Assembly (NCBI GenBank): GCA_002269645.1
Contig: NIVC01000081.1
Coordinates: 1 to 39,197, forward strand
Reading direction: 5' to 3'
Origin: Macrostomum lignano
Lineage: Eukaryota
Length of the DNA stretch: 39,197 bases
The notes under the pieces were generated by a model. The model was not told where the DNA came from, did not search any database, and worked only from the letters and a program-made list of their open reading frames with translations. Both the position numbers and the translations under genes were made by a program. Below are positions 10,705 to 22,650 of this stretch, in pieces; positions within the stretch are counted from its first letter, which is position 1; each line of letters starts with the position of its first letter.

Positions 10705-10931
10705 ACTAGCAAAAATCATAAAAGCACATTTTCATAAATGCGCAACTATCGTGTGAGGAAAGTTATGCAAGCACACATCAATTTAGCCACACCTTGCATT
10801 GACAAGCGCGCACTTTTGCTAAAAAAGTTTTTTTTGACTAAGAAGCACTTTTGTGTTGACTAGTTTCGTCAAGCTGCTAAGCTTGAGTTCGCGCTAATGA
10901 AAAAGACCTGACCAGACCTGTACGCGTAAAT

Positions 10932-11317
10932 CAGGGGTCGGCAAACTTTTTTACCTCGAGGGCCAGATGAGAGAGGAAAGGAGAGGGAATAGAAAATGAG
11001 AGATAAGAGAGAAGAGATAAGAAAGAAGACAAGAGAAGAAAAGAGGGGAGAGACGAGACGAGAGAATGCAGTGAGGGAGGCGAGGAGAGAAAAGGGAAGG
11101 GGGAGAGAGGAGAGAGGGAAGGGGAGAAAAAAGAGAGAGGGGGAACAGAGTGTAAGAGGAGAGAGGGAAGGGGAGAAAGAAGAGAGAGGGGGGGAGGAAA
11201 CAGAGTGTAAGAGGAGAGAGGGGAAAAAGACACAAGCCTTGGGCCAAATTGCTATTTTATTAAAGGACCTGAGGGCCGGATAGAGAGGCTTCGCGGGCCG
11301 GAGTTCGCCGACCCCTG
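10932..11317. mobile_element. Non-autonomous hAT (Charlie/Buster-like) MITE with internal polypurine tract
   Basis: TIRs CAGGGGTCGGCAAACT / AGTTCGCCGACCCCTG (15/16). 8-bp TSD GCGTAAAT / CCGTAAAT (7/8) with central TA. Confidence 0.9.
10967..11230. repeat. GA-rich polypurine/polypyrimidine low-complexity tract inside the MITE
   Basis: About 260 nt of almost only A and G on the + strand. Confidence 0.95.
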
Positions 11318-12509
11318 CCGTAAATGCTGGTTATATAACTATACAGACGCTAAAGATGCTTCTCATTAGTGAAAAATCTTAGTCTAATCTATAAGATTGG
11401 AGAGCAAACCGTTGAATTAAAACTGTGTCTGTGTGGCTCCGCTTTAGGCACAACAGTTAAGACCGACACTGCAAGTGCTGTTTGCTGGAGGCTTTGGTCC
11501 ATCAGATTTTGAGGCTTGTTGCTTCGCTTTTACCTACAAATCGTTTCCCTGGTGAGTCGTTATTGGGCCTGGTGTACGCGCAATTTCATTTTTTATCATG
11601 TTATACGAATCTGTTTTAATTGTGACTGTCAACCACCGCTGATAGTGGTATGTTACTTTGTCTCTATTATTACTCCTATATAAGAGTTCTTTTCACAATT
11701 TTTATATTACATAGATTTTTTACAGTTATAAAAGTGTTCAATAGCGCCAGTCTGTGCTTTTTTAAATTATTTTGCCTCTGTTGTTAACTGCAACTTATCT
11801 TCAAAACACCTTTGTACACTTACATATTGTATTTGTGTGCCCGAACTTCTGTGTAAATGCATTATAATACTTAAATATTTCCCCGTTGGATTTGTCTTCC
11901 TTCAAAATTCGTTCTCAAATCCCCTTTCTATTAACTATATATGCTATTGCACAACCATACATTCTTACGCTTGTTTGGCTACGCTTGTAATTGCATTTCT
12001 TAATCAAAATCAATTCGGAACTGCAAACTAATCCCCTTGATCAGATATAAGGGCTACTCATTTTCCTGTATCATTACGCTTGCATTACTGACCTGTTAGT
12101 TTTTGTCTGCATTGCCACTTAAACTTGCTAAAACTTGCTAAAACTTGCTAAATAAAAATAAATTTTCAATTGCGGAAATTCACTTGAAACTCTACATGCA
12201 TGTGAAACATGCCCTATTTTAAATTATTATTGTGTACTTTTATCATTTCCTAATGAAGCAAAGTACAGGCGGATTGCGAGGGTGCACAAGTAAAATGCTT
12301 TTTATGCCTTATTCGATTCAGACAGTTTATGATGATAGCACCAAGCGGCATGTTCAGCAGTCAAAATGCGCAGTTGAAGACACCTTCGGGACTTTGTCCG
12401 CCCAAAATGGAAATAAATAGGCAATCCATACGTGCAACTGCATGAAGCCAATAAGAAGCCGCTTCTGGAAATTAAATCTGGATGTTTTCGTAACAAGTAT
12501 TAAGTAGTC

Positions 12510-14960
12510 CGCTAAGTTAAGTCCGCCTCGCTCTCCCAATAGACTCAAGCCAACCTTCGCCTCCCGACCGAAAATATTTGTCCTTTCAAAAACAGTAAGT
12601 GTGCCAGTTGTGCCACAAATATGCCCTTTGACAGAGTTATAAATGTCTTTGTATGTCATATTTGGCACACTTGATACAATTGTACCAATTGTGCCGTAGC
12701 TATGTCATTTGGCACAGTTTGTAAATGTCGATGTATGTCCTATTTGGCACACTTGACACAAATAGTATTTTTACTGCTAATTGGCCAACGAAACCAATTG
12801 GCACACTTAGCACACTTGCTACAATTGTACCAGTTGTGCCACAGCTATGACATTTGGTCTTTGTCCTATTTGGCACACTTGGCTCAAATAACCTTTTTTA
12901 TTGCTAATTACCTAACAAAACTGTTTGTCACACACCCGGTGCAACTTGCACTGAGGCTGCGACGTCAGTAGCTTCGATTTCGGCAGATGACCGGCAGGTT
13001 TTCACTCCCAACTTGCGGCATTATCTGCTCAGACGCTCGAAAATGGCGCAACCGCGTTTGATTGACGCCATTACAAATGAACTAAAGCAGCAGATCACGC
13101 AGCATCCCACCGTCCATCTAGATCAGCTCGTGGACCCAGCCGTCAGTTGACAACATGCTGGTCGACGACAATGGAAAGAAATTATACTACGGTAAGAAAT
13201 TAATAGTCCTTCATTTATGATCGCGCAAATATCCTATTGTTACTCTCAAACGCTCTCCAATCCTTAAAAAAACACCTCTGCAGCCAATCGGTTTCGCCTT
13301 TACGTCCAACGTCGCTCGGACCAGGGTCACGGCCCGAGTAAAGATATATAAAGAACCAACGACTCCGGCCAACCTCAATGCACTTCTCCGCGAGATGGTG
13401 CGGGGGTGCTTCAGCGACGACGAGCTTTTGGTAACGTCGTTGAGCGATCGCGCTACTGAGCCTGGTCGGCCACGCCTGCTACCTGGCTGGAATCGACATC
13501 CCAACCAATATGAAAGCGATTGAAAAGGCCAACGTCCGATGCTCCATCACCGTCAGTCGGCGTGAAAAGCAGTTCGGACGTTTGCCTGTAAAGAAACTTC
13601 GTCAAGGTGCGGCTGCCAATGTCACTGACACTGTGCAGTCGGAGGCGGTTAATGCACCTCGCGAGGACTTAGCGCAGAATGTCTACTGTTGCATCTAGCA
13701 AAACTAAACTTGTTTGGCAGATGCGGGACCCGTCTAGCTTGGCCTGTCTCCCTCATGTTTCTGGTTTTGTTTTCCCCTGGAAATATGCTCTTTCCCACAT
13801 AAAGTAACCAACTATATTACTATAGTTAGTTCCAGACTCGTAAATTACAATAGCACCAGGAATCAGGCTTGTTGTCTAACTAAAAAAGTATAGGGGTACA
13901 GGGGTATTGGAGCTGGTTTCACTAATTGCTTGTTTTTCGTCTAGTTGTTTGTGCTTTTTAAATTAGTGTATACATTAGATGTATGCATGTTGCTACATTA
14001 AACTCCTGTGCCACGTGTAGTCGACTCAGTAGTTAATTTGTTACATTTCATGCTTTGGTTTCAAATGTATTAGAAGTGCAAACTCTTTGGCTGGCACCAC
14101 AATTTTCATGCACCGCGCTTTTTAATTACGTTGTTTTTTGTTTCCTGTCCAATGTCCGCTGTCTGTTATGTTTCTTTCCGTTAACTTCTAGTATGCATTT
14201 TTTAATTCCGCAGCCTCCCCCTTTTCCTGTTTTATACATGTTTTTGTCCTATTTGCTACTTCCCATTAAATATATACGTATTTATGCAACATCCCTTTTT
14301 CCAACTGTTTTAATCTGTTTATGTTCGCGCTCGACATTATTTTAAAGTTTAATTTAAATTCACAACTCTTTTCAATTTGTCTTCCCTCATTTAAACATGA
14401 GAAGGACTTCTCGCAAAATGTTAGCTTCATACACTTCATACACATACACTTCATAACTCGTAGTTGACTAACAGGTCAACTATAGCAGCATCAGATAGCA
14501 CATTATGTGCTTAGTTCAACTGCTTTAAACTGCAAATTTACTCGTCTGGCGAATTTACACCAAATAGCACAGTACGCGCTAGTTTAACTGCTTCTAGCTG
14601 CACATTTACTCGTATGGTGCCAAATGGTACATTTATGGCACAGTTGTGCACAATTATAAGCACTCAAAAATAGCTGAGACAACTGGCACAGTTGTGGTAT
14701 AGTTGTGGCACAGCAGTGCACAATTAAAAATTTGATTCTTAATTGTGTCACATGTGCCAATTGGCACAGCTTGGCACAGTTATATTTGTGCCAAGCTGTG
14801 CCACCAATTGTCGATTCTGCCCAATTTCGTGTCATTTCGACAGTTATTTTGGGATATCCCCAATTCATTTTTATGTGCTATTTGACGCATTTAAAGAACA
14901 ATTATTTCCGGTCGGGAAACCCCACGTTCAATACTTTAAGGGCGAGGCCCGACTCTCTGA
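12510..14960. mobile_element. Putative non-autonomous TIR DNA transposon with imperfect terminal inverted repeats and TTGGCAC/GTGCCAA subterminal repeat arrays
   Basis: Left TCCCGACCGAAAATATTTGTCCTTT (~12561) matches the reverse complement of right AAAGAACAATTATTTCCGGTCGGGA (~14893-14917). GCCTCGC / GCGAGGC lie further out. Motif arrays at ~12595-12890 and ~14625-14810. Boundaries and TSD are not resolved. Confidence 0.55.
13284..13600 (+). pseudogene. Frameshifted BEN-domain-like coding remnant (tentative)
   Basis: After acceptor TGCAG at 13283, one frame reads NLNALLREMVRGCFSDDELLVTSLSDRATEPGRPRL. The +1 frame continues YLAGIDIPTNMKAIEKANVRCSITVSRREK. This resembles the BEN pattern LL..LF..EEL...SL.G...GKP.LD...I..KC...RR by eye only. 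Confidence 0.35.
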
Positions 14961-15439
14961 TTATAAGATACGCCGACCCACCTACATGTATCACCTGACT
15001 TCAGTTTAGGGTTATAAGTGTAGTTTAATCAGTCTGAAATAGTGAAATTTAGTTTAACTTACTTAATTGACAAATAAATTTTTAGAGTGCCAACTTATCT
15101 AATGAACGCGCTTGTAGTGCCCATGTGGCATTAATGAGCGCCTGTTATTATTGAATTATTGTACATGTACATGTAAGAGTCGGACACCAAGGATGACACG
15201 TTATATTTAGGTTTGACTCAATTAATTGCCTCTTCAAAAGCGTTATTTTAAATTCTGAGAACAGCTAAGAAGATCCTCTCGGCCCTCGACCAGAGATAAA
15301 CTTGTCTGATCTTATACAGCCAGCTTAAGAACCTGTTATTCATGAACATGTACATATAACACTGTACTGTTTTAATTTCTCCGCGACAACACGATAGTGT
15401 GACCCCCTACTTTAAGCAATATTCACAATCCCAGTGTCC

Positions 15440-15791
15440 GCATTGTCGGAATAATGCCGGAATATTATGCCAGCATCATGCCAGACTGAATGTCGCGACG
15501 AGATCCAGGCATAATGTTAGCATGAAGTGCCAGTGTAATGCTGCTTTTATGCCAACTATATGCGACTAATATGCCTGCTCAATTACGTAGTTAACCAATG
15601 TACTTCGTAGCATTGTGGCTGCATTGTTGGAATAATGCTGGCATATCATGCCAGACTGAATGTCGCGACGGGATCCAGGCATTATGTTAGCATGAAATGC
15701 CAGTGTAATGCTGCTTTTATGCCAACTATATGCGACTGATATGCCTGTTCAATTATATAGTAAACCAATGTACGTCGTAGCTTTCTGTGGC
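15440..15791. repeat. Tandem duplication of a ~170-180-bp subterminal unit of the CACTA element
   Basis: GCATTGTCGGAATAATGCC...ATGTCGCGACG...CCAATGTACTTCGTAG starts at 15440 and again at 15621. Confidence 0.92.
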
Positions 15792-16049
15792 TCATAAATA
15801 ATGCAATTGTTGTCCAATTATTACAATGAAGCACTTAACCCTTTTTGAACTCCACAAGGCTTTAATTAGGCTTTAGGAAATGGTACAAAAGAACTAAATA
15901 CAAGTGTATTGTAAAAAAGACGGCGCAGAAAAGTATTTTTTTAACATCGAAAACAATGGTAGGAACATGTTTTTAGTTCTTTAATTCTTTTATAATTTAA
16001 CTTAAAAAGTAACTTAAATAGCATGGGAAAACAGAAACATAACAACATA

Positions 16050-16570
16050 AAAATATAAACAGAATATAGCAACAAAAACAACATACAAAAGTTATAAGCA
16101 GATACTTCTTTAAAAGATAGGGTCCCAAATACAGCAAAGAGTCTGAATTCTGTTGCCTTAAAATGAGAAAGCTTGGTATCAAATCGCCTTGGCCGTCACT
16201 GAAACTCATTTGGTATAAATTTTGCCAAAGAAATCGACTTTTCAGACAGCTTAGCCAAAGCAGTTGGGTGTAATTTACAACGAAGACAAAAACCCTTTAC
16301 AGTGGAGAAAAAACTTTAACAATTGGCGAACAACTCCCAAACAAACAGAATGTTAGTAATCAACAGGGAAACCAGACTGCAAGTTTGCATTGTCAATGAG
16401 TGGCAAAATCTGCAGTTGGTTATTCTCAAGACCAGATTTGTAGTCTGCATCTGTTCTTTTAATGCCTACAAAAGTTTTGTAAACCACCCTATCTTCAGCG
16501 AAACTTCTTCAACCTTGACAGTAATTGCATCCCAGCTTCGAAGCATGTGACTTTGAATTTGCATTGTTCA
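16050..16570 (-). pseudogene. EnSpm/CACTA transposase remnant with stops and frameshift
   Basis: Minus strand reads KSHASKLGCNYC...KRTDADY...GFPVDY*HSVCLGVVRQLLKFF, then after a shift LAKFIPNEFQ*RPRRFDTKLSHFKATEFRLF. These match the CACTA motifs FPLDYMHxVCLGV and IPxEFxRKPR...KATEFR. Confidence 0.85.
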
Positions 16571-19140
16571 AATTGAATGCTCATCATAAATAAGAAATAA
16601 TGCATGAATTGGACTTTAGATAACATGTTTATTTGGCTTTTAACTCCCACTTACAAACTTTTCTTTTTTCAATTCCCATAGTCTTCTCCTCTCCTTTCTA
16701 CCACTTATATAGTTGTCTAATATATATCTATTATTCTTTTCCAATCCCTGTCTTTCCTTCTCTTAGAATCTTAGATAAACTGACTATTAAGGAAGAAAAT
16801 ACTTAATACTACTCAATACTTAATATTTAATATTATATACTATAGAATATTTTCCCAATTGGCATAGAATTATGTAGATAATGCTGCTCCTAGTCCTAGT
16901 CTTATCCACATAGTAAACTAATAAAATTGATTGATCCTTGTCAATATATACCATGAAAATAATGTTTCTCTTTAACAATATGCTATACTTGCAATATATA
17001 AAAATATTAAACTACACATTAACATAATACACTGCATATTAACTGCTTTTGCTATACTTAATATTGTATCAATATATCATATTTAGACATTTAATCATGA
17101 AAATATCATGAACATTACAATATAAAAAATAAAAAATTAGAATTTAAAAAGCCATAATAAAGTCTTAAACTATGATGGAAAAAATATATTTATCACATTT
17201 TTAATATTGCTAAAAAATTGATATTCAATTTAAATTTTTTGTTTATAGAATTTGCCTTTATATATTATTATATTATATTTATTTTTTGTAGGTAACCAAA
17301 TAAATCCTATTAAATCAAAATAAATTGGCACTTTATAGTTAAATTAATAATTAAATAACAAGAATATAAGATATAATTATAATGCCGAGGTTTATTTTTT
17401 GGCCATATGGGATTTTTTGGCCCTTTGAAAATCTCAATGGCAATTGGATTTTTGGCAACAGAGGCCAATCTAGCAACTTTATTTCCCTGTGCCAGTTGCC
17501 ACTTTCAGAAAATGATTTTACAAGTATAATAAAAATGTTATAGGCCTATCAATCTAAGTTGATACAAAAACAAAGTTGCAAAAATGGACAATTTCAATGT
17601 CAATTTAATACCAAGTCCCAAACTGTCTCATTCACATAGGCCTAGTCATATAGTGCATCCATGTTTTAATGAGCCCTAGAAATATCTAGATCCTCAAGAA
17701 TGTGGGTAGTTGGGTTGCCAGTGGGCAACCAAAAATAGCCATTGGCATTGGCAACTGGATTTCTAACCTTAAAAAAACCTAGGCTTTATATATATACAGA
17801 GTAAATTAAGGGCCTATTTATTAGGCCTAACTTATAAATATAAAAGGTTAAACCCTTTTTTGCCTTATACAATAATATACTATAGGCCTAGCTATGTCTA
17901 TAACCTATAATTAGGCTTAGGCCTACAATGAATTATTATTCTGTCTATAGATATTTAGATAAGTACTTTACTATAAGTAGACCTCTTAAAGGCTTAAGTG
18001 TCCCAGTAAATAAAATAGTTAAGAAACTGGAAAAAGCCTATTGTCTGATTTCAACATTTGTTTCATTGATTTAGATAAAACTTAAAATTAGTTTTATCCT
18101 TTTTTGACAACTGAATATGTAATTGTTTGCTATTTGCAATATAAACTACAAGGAACAGTATTATATCATATCATATTTTAACAGCAATTTATACAACAAA
18201 GCAACTAAAAACTGGTGTATATAAAATATGACAAGTACAATATTTCACATAGGCCTATGCCTATGGCTTATGGCTATAGAGCCTAGGCTAGTACATTAAC
18301 ATATATAACTTCGTAATATCATATACAGCCTTAGAAAATTGTCAGACTGCACCCACTACTATTGCTAGAAACTAATATACAAATGCCTTGTTAGAAAAGG
18401 TATTTTTCTGCGCATACATATAAAAGCCAGTACAATTGATCGAGACAGACTAGGCCTAAGACAAATGAGTGTAAAAGCATCAATTAAAAATGTGCTATAT
18501 TTTTGTTCAATATTGTTCAATATTTAGTATTATAACAAAAAATAAAAACATGTATAACTACTATAGCCAAAAGATAACATAGCTTAAAATAAACCATCTA
18601 AATATTACTTGTATGACTACTGTTTGTAGTCCATTCAGTATATATAAGAAACATGTACAATTCAAATTATATCAAATCGACGAAATGAACAAGCATTTGC
18701 ATGCTAGATATATGCAAAAATTATGAAGACAGTAAAATTTGTCAATGGGTATCTTTGAAGACTATTATACATTTGGGACTATTCAGGAACCTGCATAAAA
18801 TCTTTTCCTTCTAAATTTCTCAAAGTCATATTTTTAGCACTTAATGCCTTAATTGTGCCGTGGCATGCACAGGCCAAATTTATTCCAGTTTGATGCTGCG
18901 CCTAAAAAAGAAAGAATTGCTGGCAAAACTGAAAGCACTTTCAATAAATATCAAACAGATATCAATGCAACACAAATTTGGAATTTTTTTGCTTGTCAAA
19001 AATATGCTGACGCGTCAGCATAATTACGGCATAATGCTGACATCATGGACACTGGGATAAAGCCATGTTTAGTTGCATTTGATTTAATGTGGAAAAACGA
19101 AATTCTAATTAACTTGGCAAAGCAAGCAGGCGCTATATTC

Positions 19141-19658
19141 AGACCTAAAATTCACAACTTCTAAGCACACACACGACTTTTAATTCACATTGCCTAACTT
19201 TTACAACGTCTAATTAAAAACAATACTGCAAACCTCCTATATAAAATCGCCTAAATTTCACAACGCCAAAAATCTCTGCACATAATCCGCTAAATTATGC
19301 GAAATTTAGGCGACGTGAAGAGCGCATCACATATATACAATATGTATTTAGTAGGCGTTGTGAAATTTAGGCGACGTGAAGAGAATGCATCACATATACA
19401 ATGTATTTAGTAGGCGTTGTGAAATTTAGGCGACGTGAAGAGAACGCATCACATATACAATGTATTTAGTAGGCGTGTGAAATTTAGGCGACGTGAAGAG
19501 CGCATCACATACAATGTGTTTAGTAGGCGTTGTGAAATTTAGGCGACGTGAAGAGCGCATCACATATACAATGTATTTAGTAGGCGTTGTGAAATTTAGG
19601 CGATGTGAAACGTAGGCGTTGGGAAGTGTGGCGGTTTTGGCGTTAAAAATTTAGGTCT
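19141..19658. mobile_element. MITE/foldback element with internal minisatellite
   Basis: Ends AGACCTAAA(A)TT / AATTTAGGTCT are inverted. The left arm contains CGCCTAAATTTCACAACGCC, the inverse of the internal repeat core. Confidence 0.7.
19301..19620. repeat. Tandem repeat, ~56-61-bp unit, ~5.5 copies
   Basis: Unit GAAATTTAGGCGACGTGAAGAGCGCATCACATATACAATGTATTTAGTAGGCGTTGT. No unique spacers. Confidence 0.95.
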
Positions 19659-19952
19659 TATTAGAGATTTAGTATATTGTGATGAAAGCGCGTCCCGTCA
19701 GCAAGTCTACAATACATCGACATTGCGAGCCATTTAACGAAGCAGACACACACTAGAACACACAGCTACGAGTTTAACTACCCCTCGTCTGAGTTTGAGA
19801 ACCTCTTGCTCAGAGGTTCTTCCCGAATCAGTCATTTGTTCGTTTAAACCAGTTCAAATTAAAAAGGCACCGATTTAAGTAAAGAAGATTCAATTCAACG
19901 GCCCGATCAAAACCTTAGAAGTTAAGAAAGAAGCATATAAAGAATTAACTCA

Positions 19953-20280
19953 AAACTGACAAAAGCAGCTGGAAAAGATCAGATTTACACCGAGACATTA
20001 AAATTCTTTGAAGATCAACTGACAGATACTTTATGTTCATTATTCAACAAAATCTTAGAACATGGAAAGTTCCCAATAGACTGAATAACAAATACTTTGC
20101 ACCCAATATACAAAAACAAAGGTAGCACAAGGGACCCAAACAATTACAGAGGTATATGCGTTCAACCTACTCTTGAAAAGCTTCTATGTTCAATTTATTA
20201 AAATTAAAACTAGGCTTGAAGACCTTGCTTATTCAAACAACCTTATCTCAAAGTACCAATATGCTTCAAACCTAATCATA
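19953..20280 (+). pseudogene. Non-LTR retrotransposon (LINE) reverse transcriptase N-terminal fragment
   Basis: Reads KAAGKDQIYTETLKFFEDQLTDTLCSLFNKILEHGKFPID*ITNTLHPIYKNKGSTRDPNNYRGICVQPTLEKLL. The stop at 20082 sits at the conserved Trp, and a frameshift follows. Confidence 0.9.
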
Positions 20281-20840
20281 GTTAATTTGTAAAAATTATC
20301 TTATTTAATTTTTAAAAAAATATTATTTATTAATTTATATAAAATTTATTGATTTATAGTCATTAGCTAATACTATACTATAGGCTTTTCCACATTTGAC
20401 GACAAGTTTTAGTCCCAATATTATAAAGCTCATTTAGGCCTATATCAAATTATTATCAAGCTATTAAGCTTGTCTATAAATGGTAATTGTCTAATTGAGT
20501 TGCTTTTTAATATAGTATGCTAGTCTCTTATCTCTTTCCCCTTTCTAGCCTCCACATCTCTTTAAAGAGACTTCTTAAACTTTTAAGACTTCTTAAATTA
20601 TTATAGATCTGTTGCAATATTTTAATTGTTAGACTAAGGCCTAGCCCATTAACATTGGTGTCTCTTCATAGTATATCTTTTAAAGCATTTATTACATTTC
20701 AAAAATAATTAGTATAGTTTGTAAGAATGAAATTTTATAGAATTGTTATTAAATCCTTGGTTAATATAGTTGTAGCAGCTACTTAGTATTTACTACTGTC
20801 TCTAGATTAAAATAATTGCATGTTATTCATAACCATACAT

Positions 20841-20996
20841 GCGCAACCTTGGGAATCACTCGGCCATTTCTATTGGCAACACACATATGTAAGTCGCTAT
20901 TGGCTGAGAGCAGTCATGTGACTACTATTCCGTCCAATAGCGACTTACATGTGTGTGTTGCCAATAGAAACGGCCGGGTGAATCCCTAGGTTGCGC
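20841..20996. repeat. Long inverted repeat (63-bp arms, 30-nt spacer); palindromic MITE or hairpin
   Basis: 20841-20903 matches the reverse complement of 20934-20996 at 58/63 positions. Confidence 0.93.
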
Positions 20997-21161
20997 CCAA
21001 GCATGTTCATAACATTATACTTTTCTGTCTCAATATTTACACCTATGTTTAGAAGTTGTGGCCCATTTTAAATTGTTATTCAGCTTATAATTATAAAACC
21101 AAAATGTACTAAAAAAATATATTTATGCATCTTAAGCAGCTTAGCCAGTCTGCTTAGTTTT

Positions 21162-21622
21162 ATGATGAATGATTTGCAAGCATCACAATGCTCTCTGTCT
21201 GCCCTATCTGATGCAGAATCAAGAATCATTCTGCGGCGATGGTGCCCACTGATTGGCACCAGCATCCAAGTGGTTGGCCTGGTTAACAATGACTCTGACT
21301 TGACTGCACCTCTGCAAAACCAAACCCAGTCACAAGCCGCAATTTGCACCAGTGCTGCTATTGAATACATTCACCAAGGTGGTCGGGTTGTCATTGATAA
21401 GAACAAAGTAGCTTACGAACTAATCGGCTTACCTATGCGTTCGATTGGTGAGCTGTGGGCCAGCCTAGACCTGGGTAGCGCCGAACAGCAGCTCAAGCAG
21501 CCATCTGACAAATTCTTTGACGCCTGCAGTGTCAGCTTGTCAGAGTCCTGGCCACGGCTGGCTGCCACTATGGACGATGATGTAGCTGATTGCACCACTA
21601 CTGCCGACTGCGCTCAGAGCGG
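21162..21622 (+). CDS. Unknown protein, exon (may have further upstream exons)
   Basis: Coding-like open frame, several upstream AG acceptors at 21139-21157, and donor GG|GTTAGT at 21623 (phase 2) compatible with the next exon. Confidence 0.65.
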
Positions 21623-21781
21623 GTTAGTTTGCACTACTTATAGTAGCTTATTGGTACCTGGCCGTTTCTGTTTTCGAGGTTTTAAATTTAATAAATTTTT
21701 AAGTTTTGCAACACTAGCGAATATTTTTAAACTACTAAACTAAGTAGCTTAAACGTGTTTATTTATTTTTTTCATTTAAAG

Positions 21782-22295
21782 CGATAATCTACTTAACGAA
21801 GTCACCCAGCGGCTAAACAGCGATACCGCAGCTGCCAAATCAGCCGAGCTTGTCAACGAAGCTTCAACAACTGAAAGCCCAACTGCCAGCCCAGTGATAA
21901 CTCCGCCCGCGGCTCCGTTAGGCTCCAAGATGGCTCGAAAACGTGCACGCTGGCAAGCCAGTAGGCAGGAAGCAACAATTGACCTCAGCTCTCGGACGAA
22001 ATCGTCCAGTCGACGGGGCGGCGGCAGCGAAGAACGCCAAGATTCTCGAACACGTAAGAAGCGACATTTGGCGTCGAATGAGACTCCGACGACGCCACAG
22101 CCGCCGACACCGCAGCCGCTGATGGCGAAGCGCCGCGAGTCGCTCCGACGCCAGTGCCAGGCGTCCGCTTCGCCTCTGCCAATTGAAAGCTCGTCAGCTT
22201 TAGCGGCTTTGCGCCGGCGCTACGGCTTCTTTGCGGGGCCCGGGCGGCGGAGCCGGCAGAAGAGCCGGCGGAATACCATGCCCAGCAGAGTGTAA
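21782..22295 (+). CDS. Unknown protein, terminal exon; Ser/Thr/Pro-rich with basic NLS-like clusters
   Basis: A pyrimidine tract plus AAG acceptor at 21781 in phase 2 gives GGC GAT AAT CTA..., open to TAA at 22293-22295. Contains ARKRAR, RKKRH and RRSRQKSRR. Confidence 0.68.
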
Positions 22296-22433
22296 AGCCT
22301 TTGCCGTGGCTTTTTTGAACTTCAAGTTCAACAAATTTCACTAACTTTACTAGTATTAGTAGTATCTTTCATTTTTATCAAAAGTGTGTTCGGTTGCTCG
22401 GATTGAATTAGATTAGACCACTGTAAATCTAAT

Positions 22434-22650
22434 GTGAGACTAGATCAGCATGAATCAGAATCTCGTGAGACTAGATTAGTGTGAAACAGAATATCGTGAG
22501 ACTAGATTAGTGTGAAACAGAATCTCGTGAGACTAGATTAGTGTGAAACAGAATATCGTGAGACTAGATCAGTGTGAATCAGAGTCTCCATGAGACTAGA
22601 TCAGCATGAATCAGAATCTCATGGGGTTAGATCAGCACGAATCAAAGTCT
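22434..22650. repeat. 31-bp minisatellite, ~7 copies
   Basis: Unit GTGAGACTAGATTAGTGTGAAACAGAATCTC starts at 22434, 22465, 22496, 22527 and onward. Confidence 0.95.

Larger units (their letters stand above)
15430..19056 (-). mobile_element. Decayed CACTA/EnSpm (CMC superfamily) transposon, 3.6 kb
   Basis: Termini CCCAGTGTCC...GGACACTGGG fit the CMC 5'-CMCWR consensus. 2-bp TSD AT on both sides. Imperfect TIR extends ~35 bp. Contains a transposase remnant on the minus strand. Confidence 0.85.

Noticed and set aside
11400-11556. Exon-like segment ending in a strong donor CTG|GTGAGT (~11551); a similar donor occurs at ~38375
   Set aside because: No start, partner exon or homology could be assigned. 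They may be UTR exons but are unsupported.
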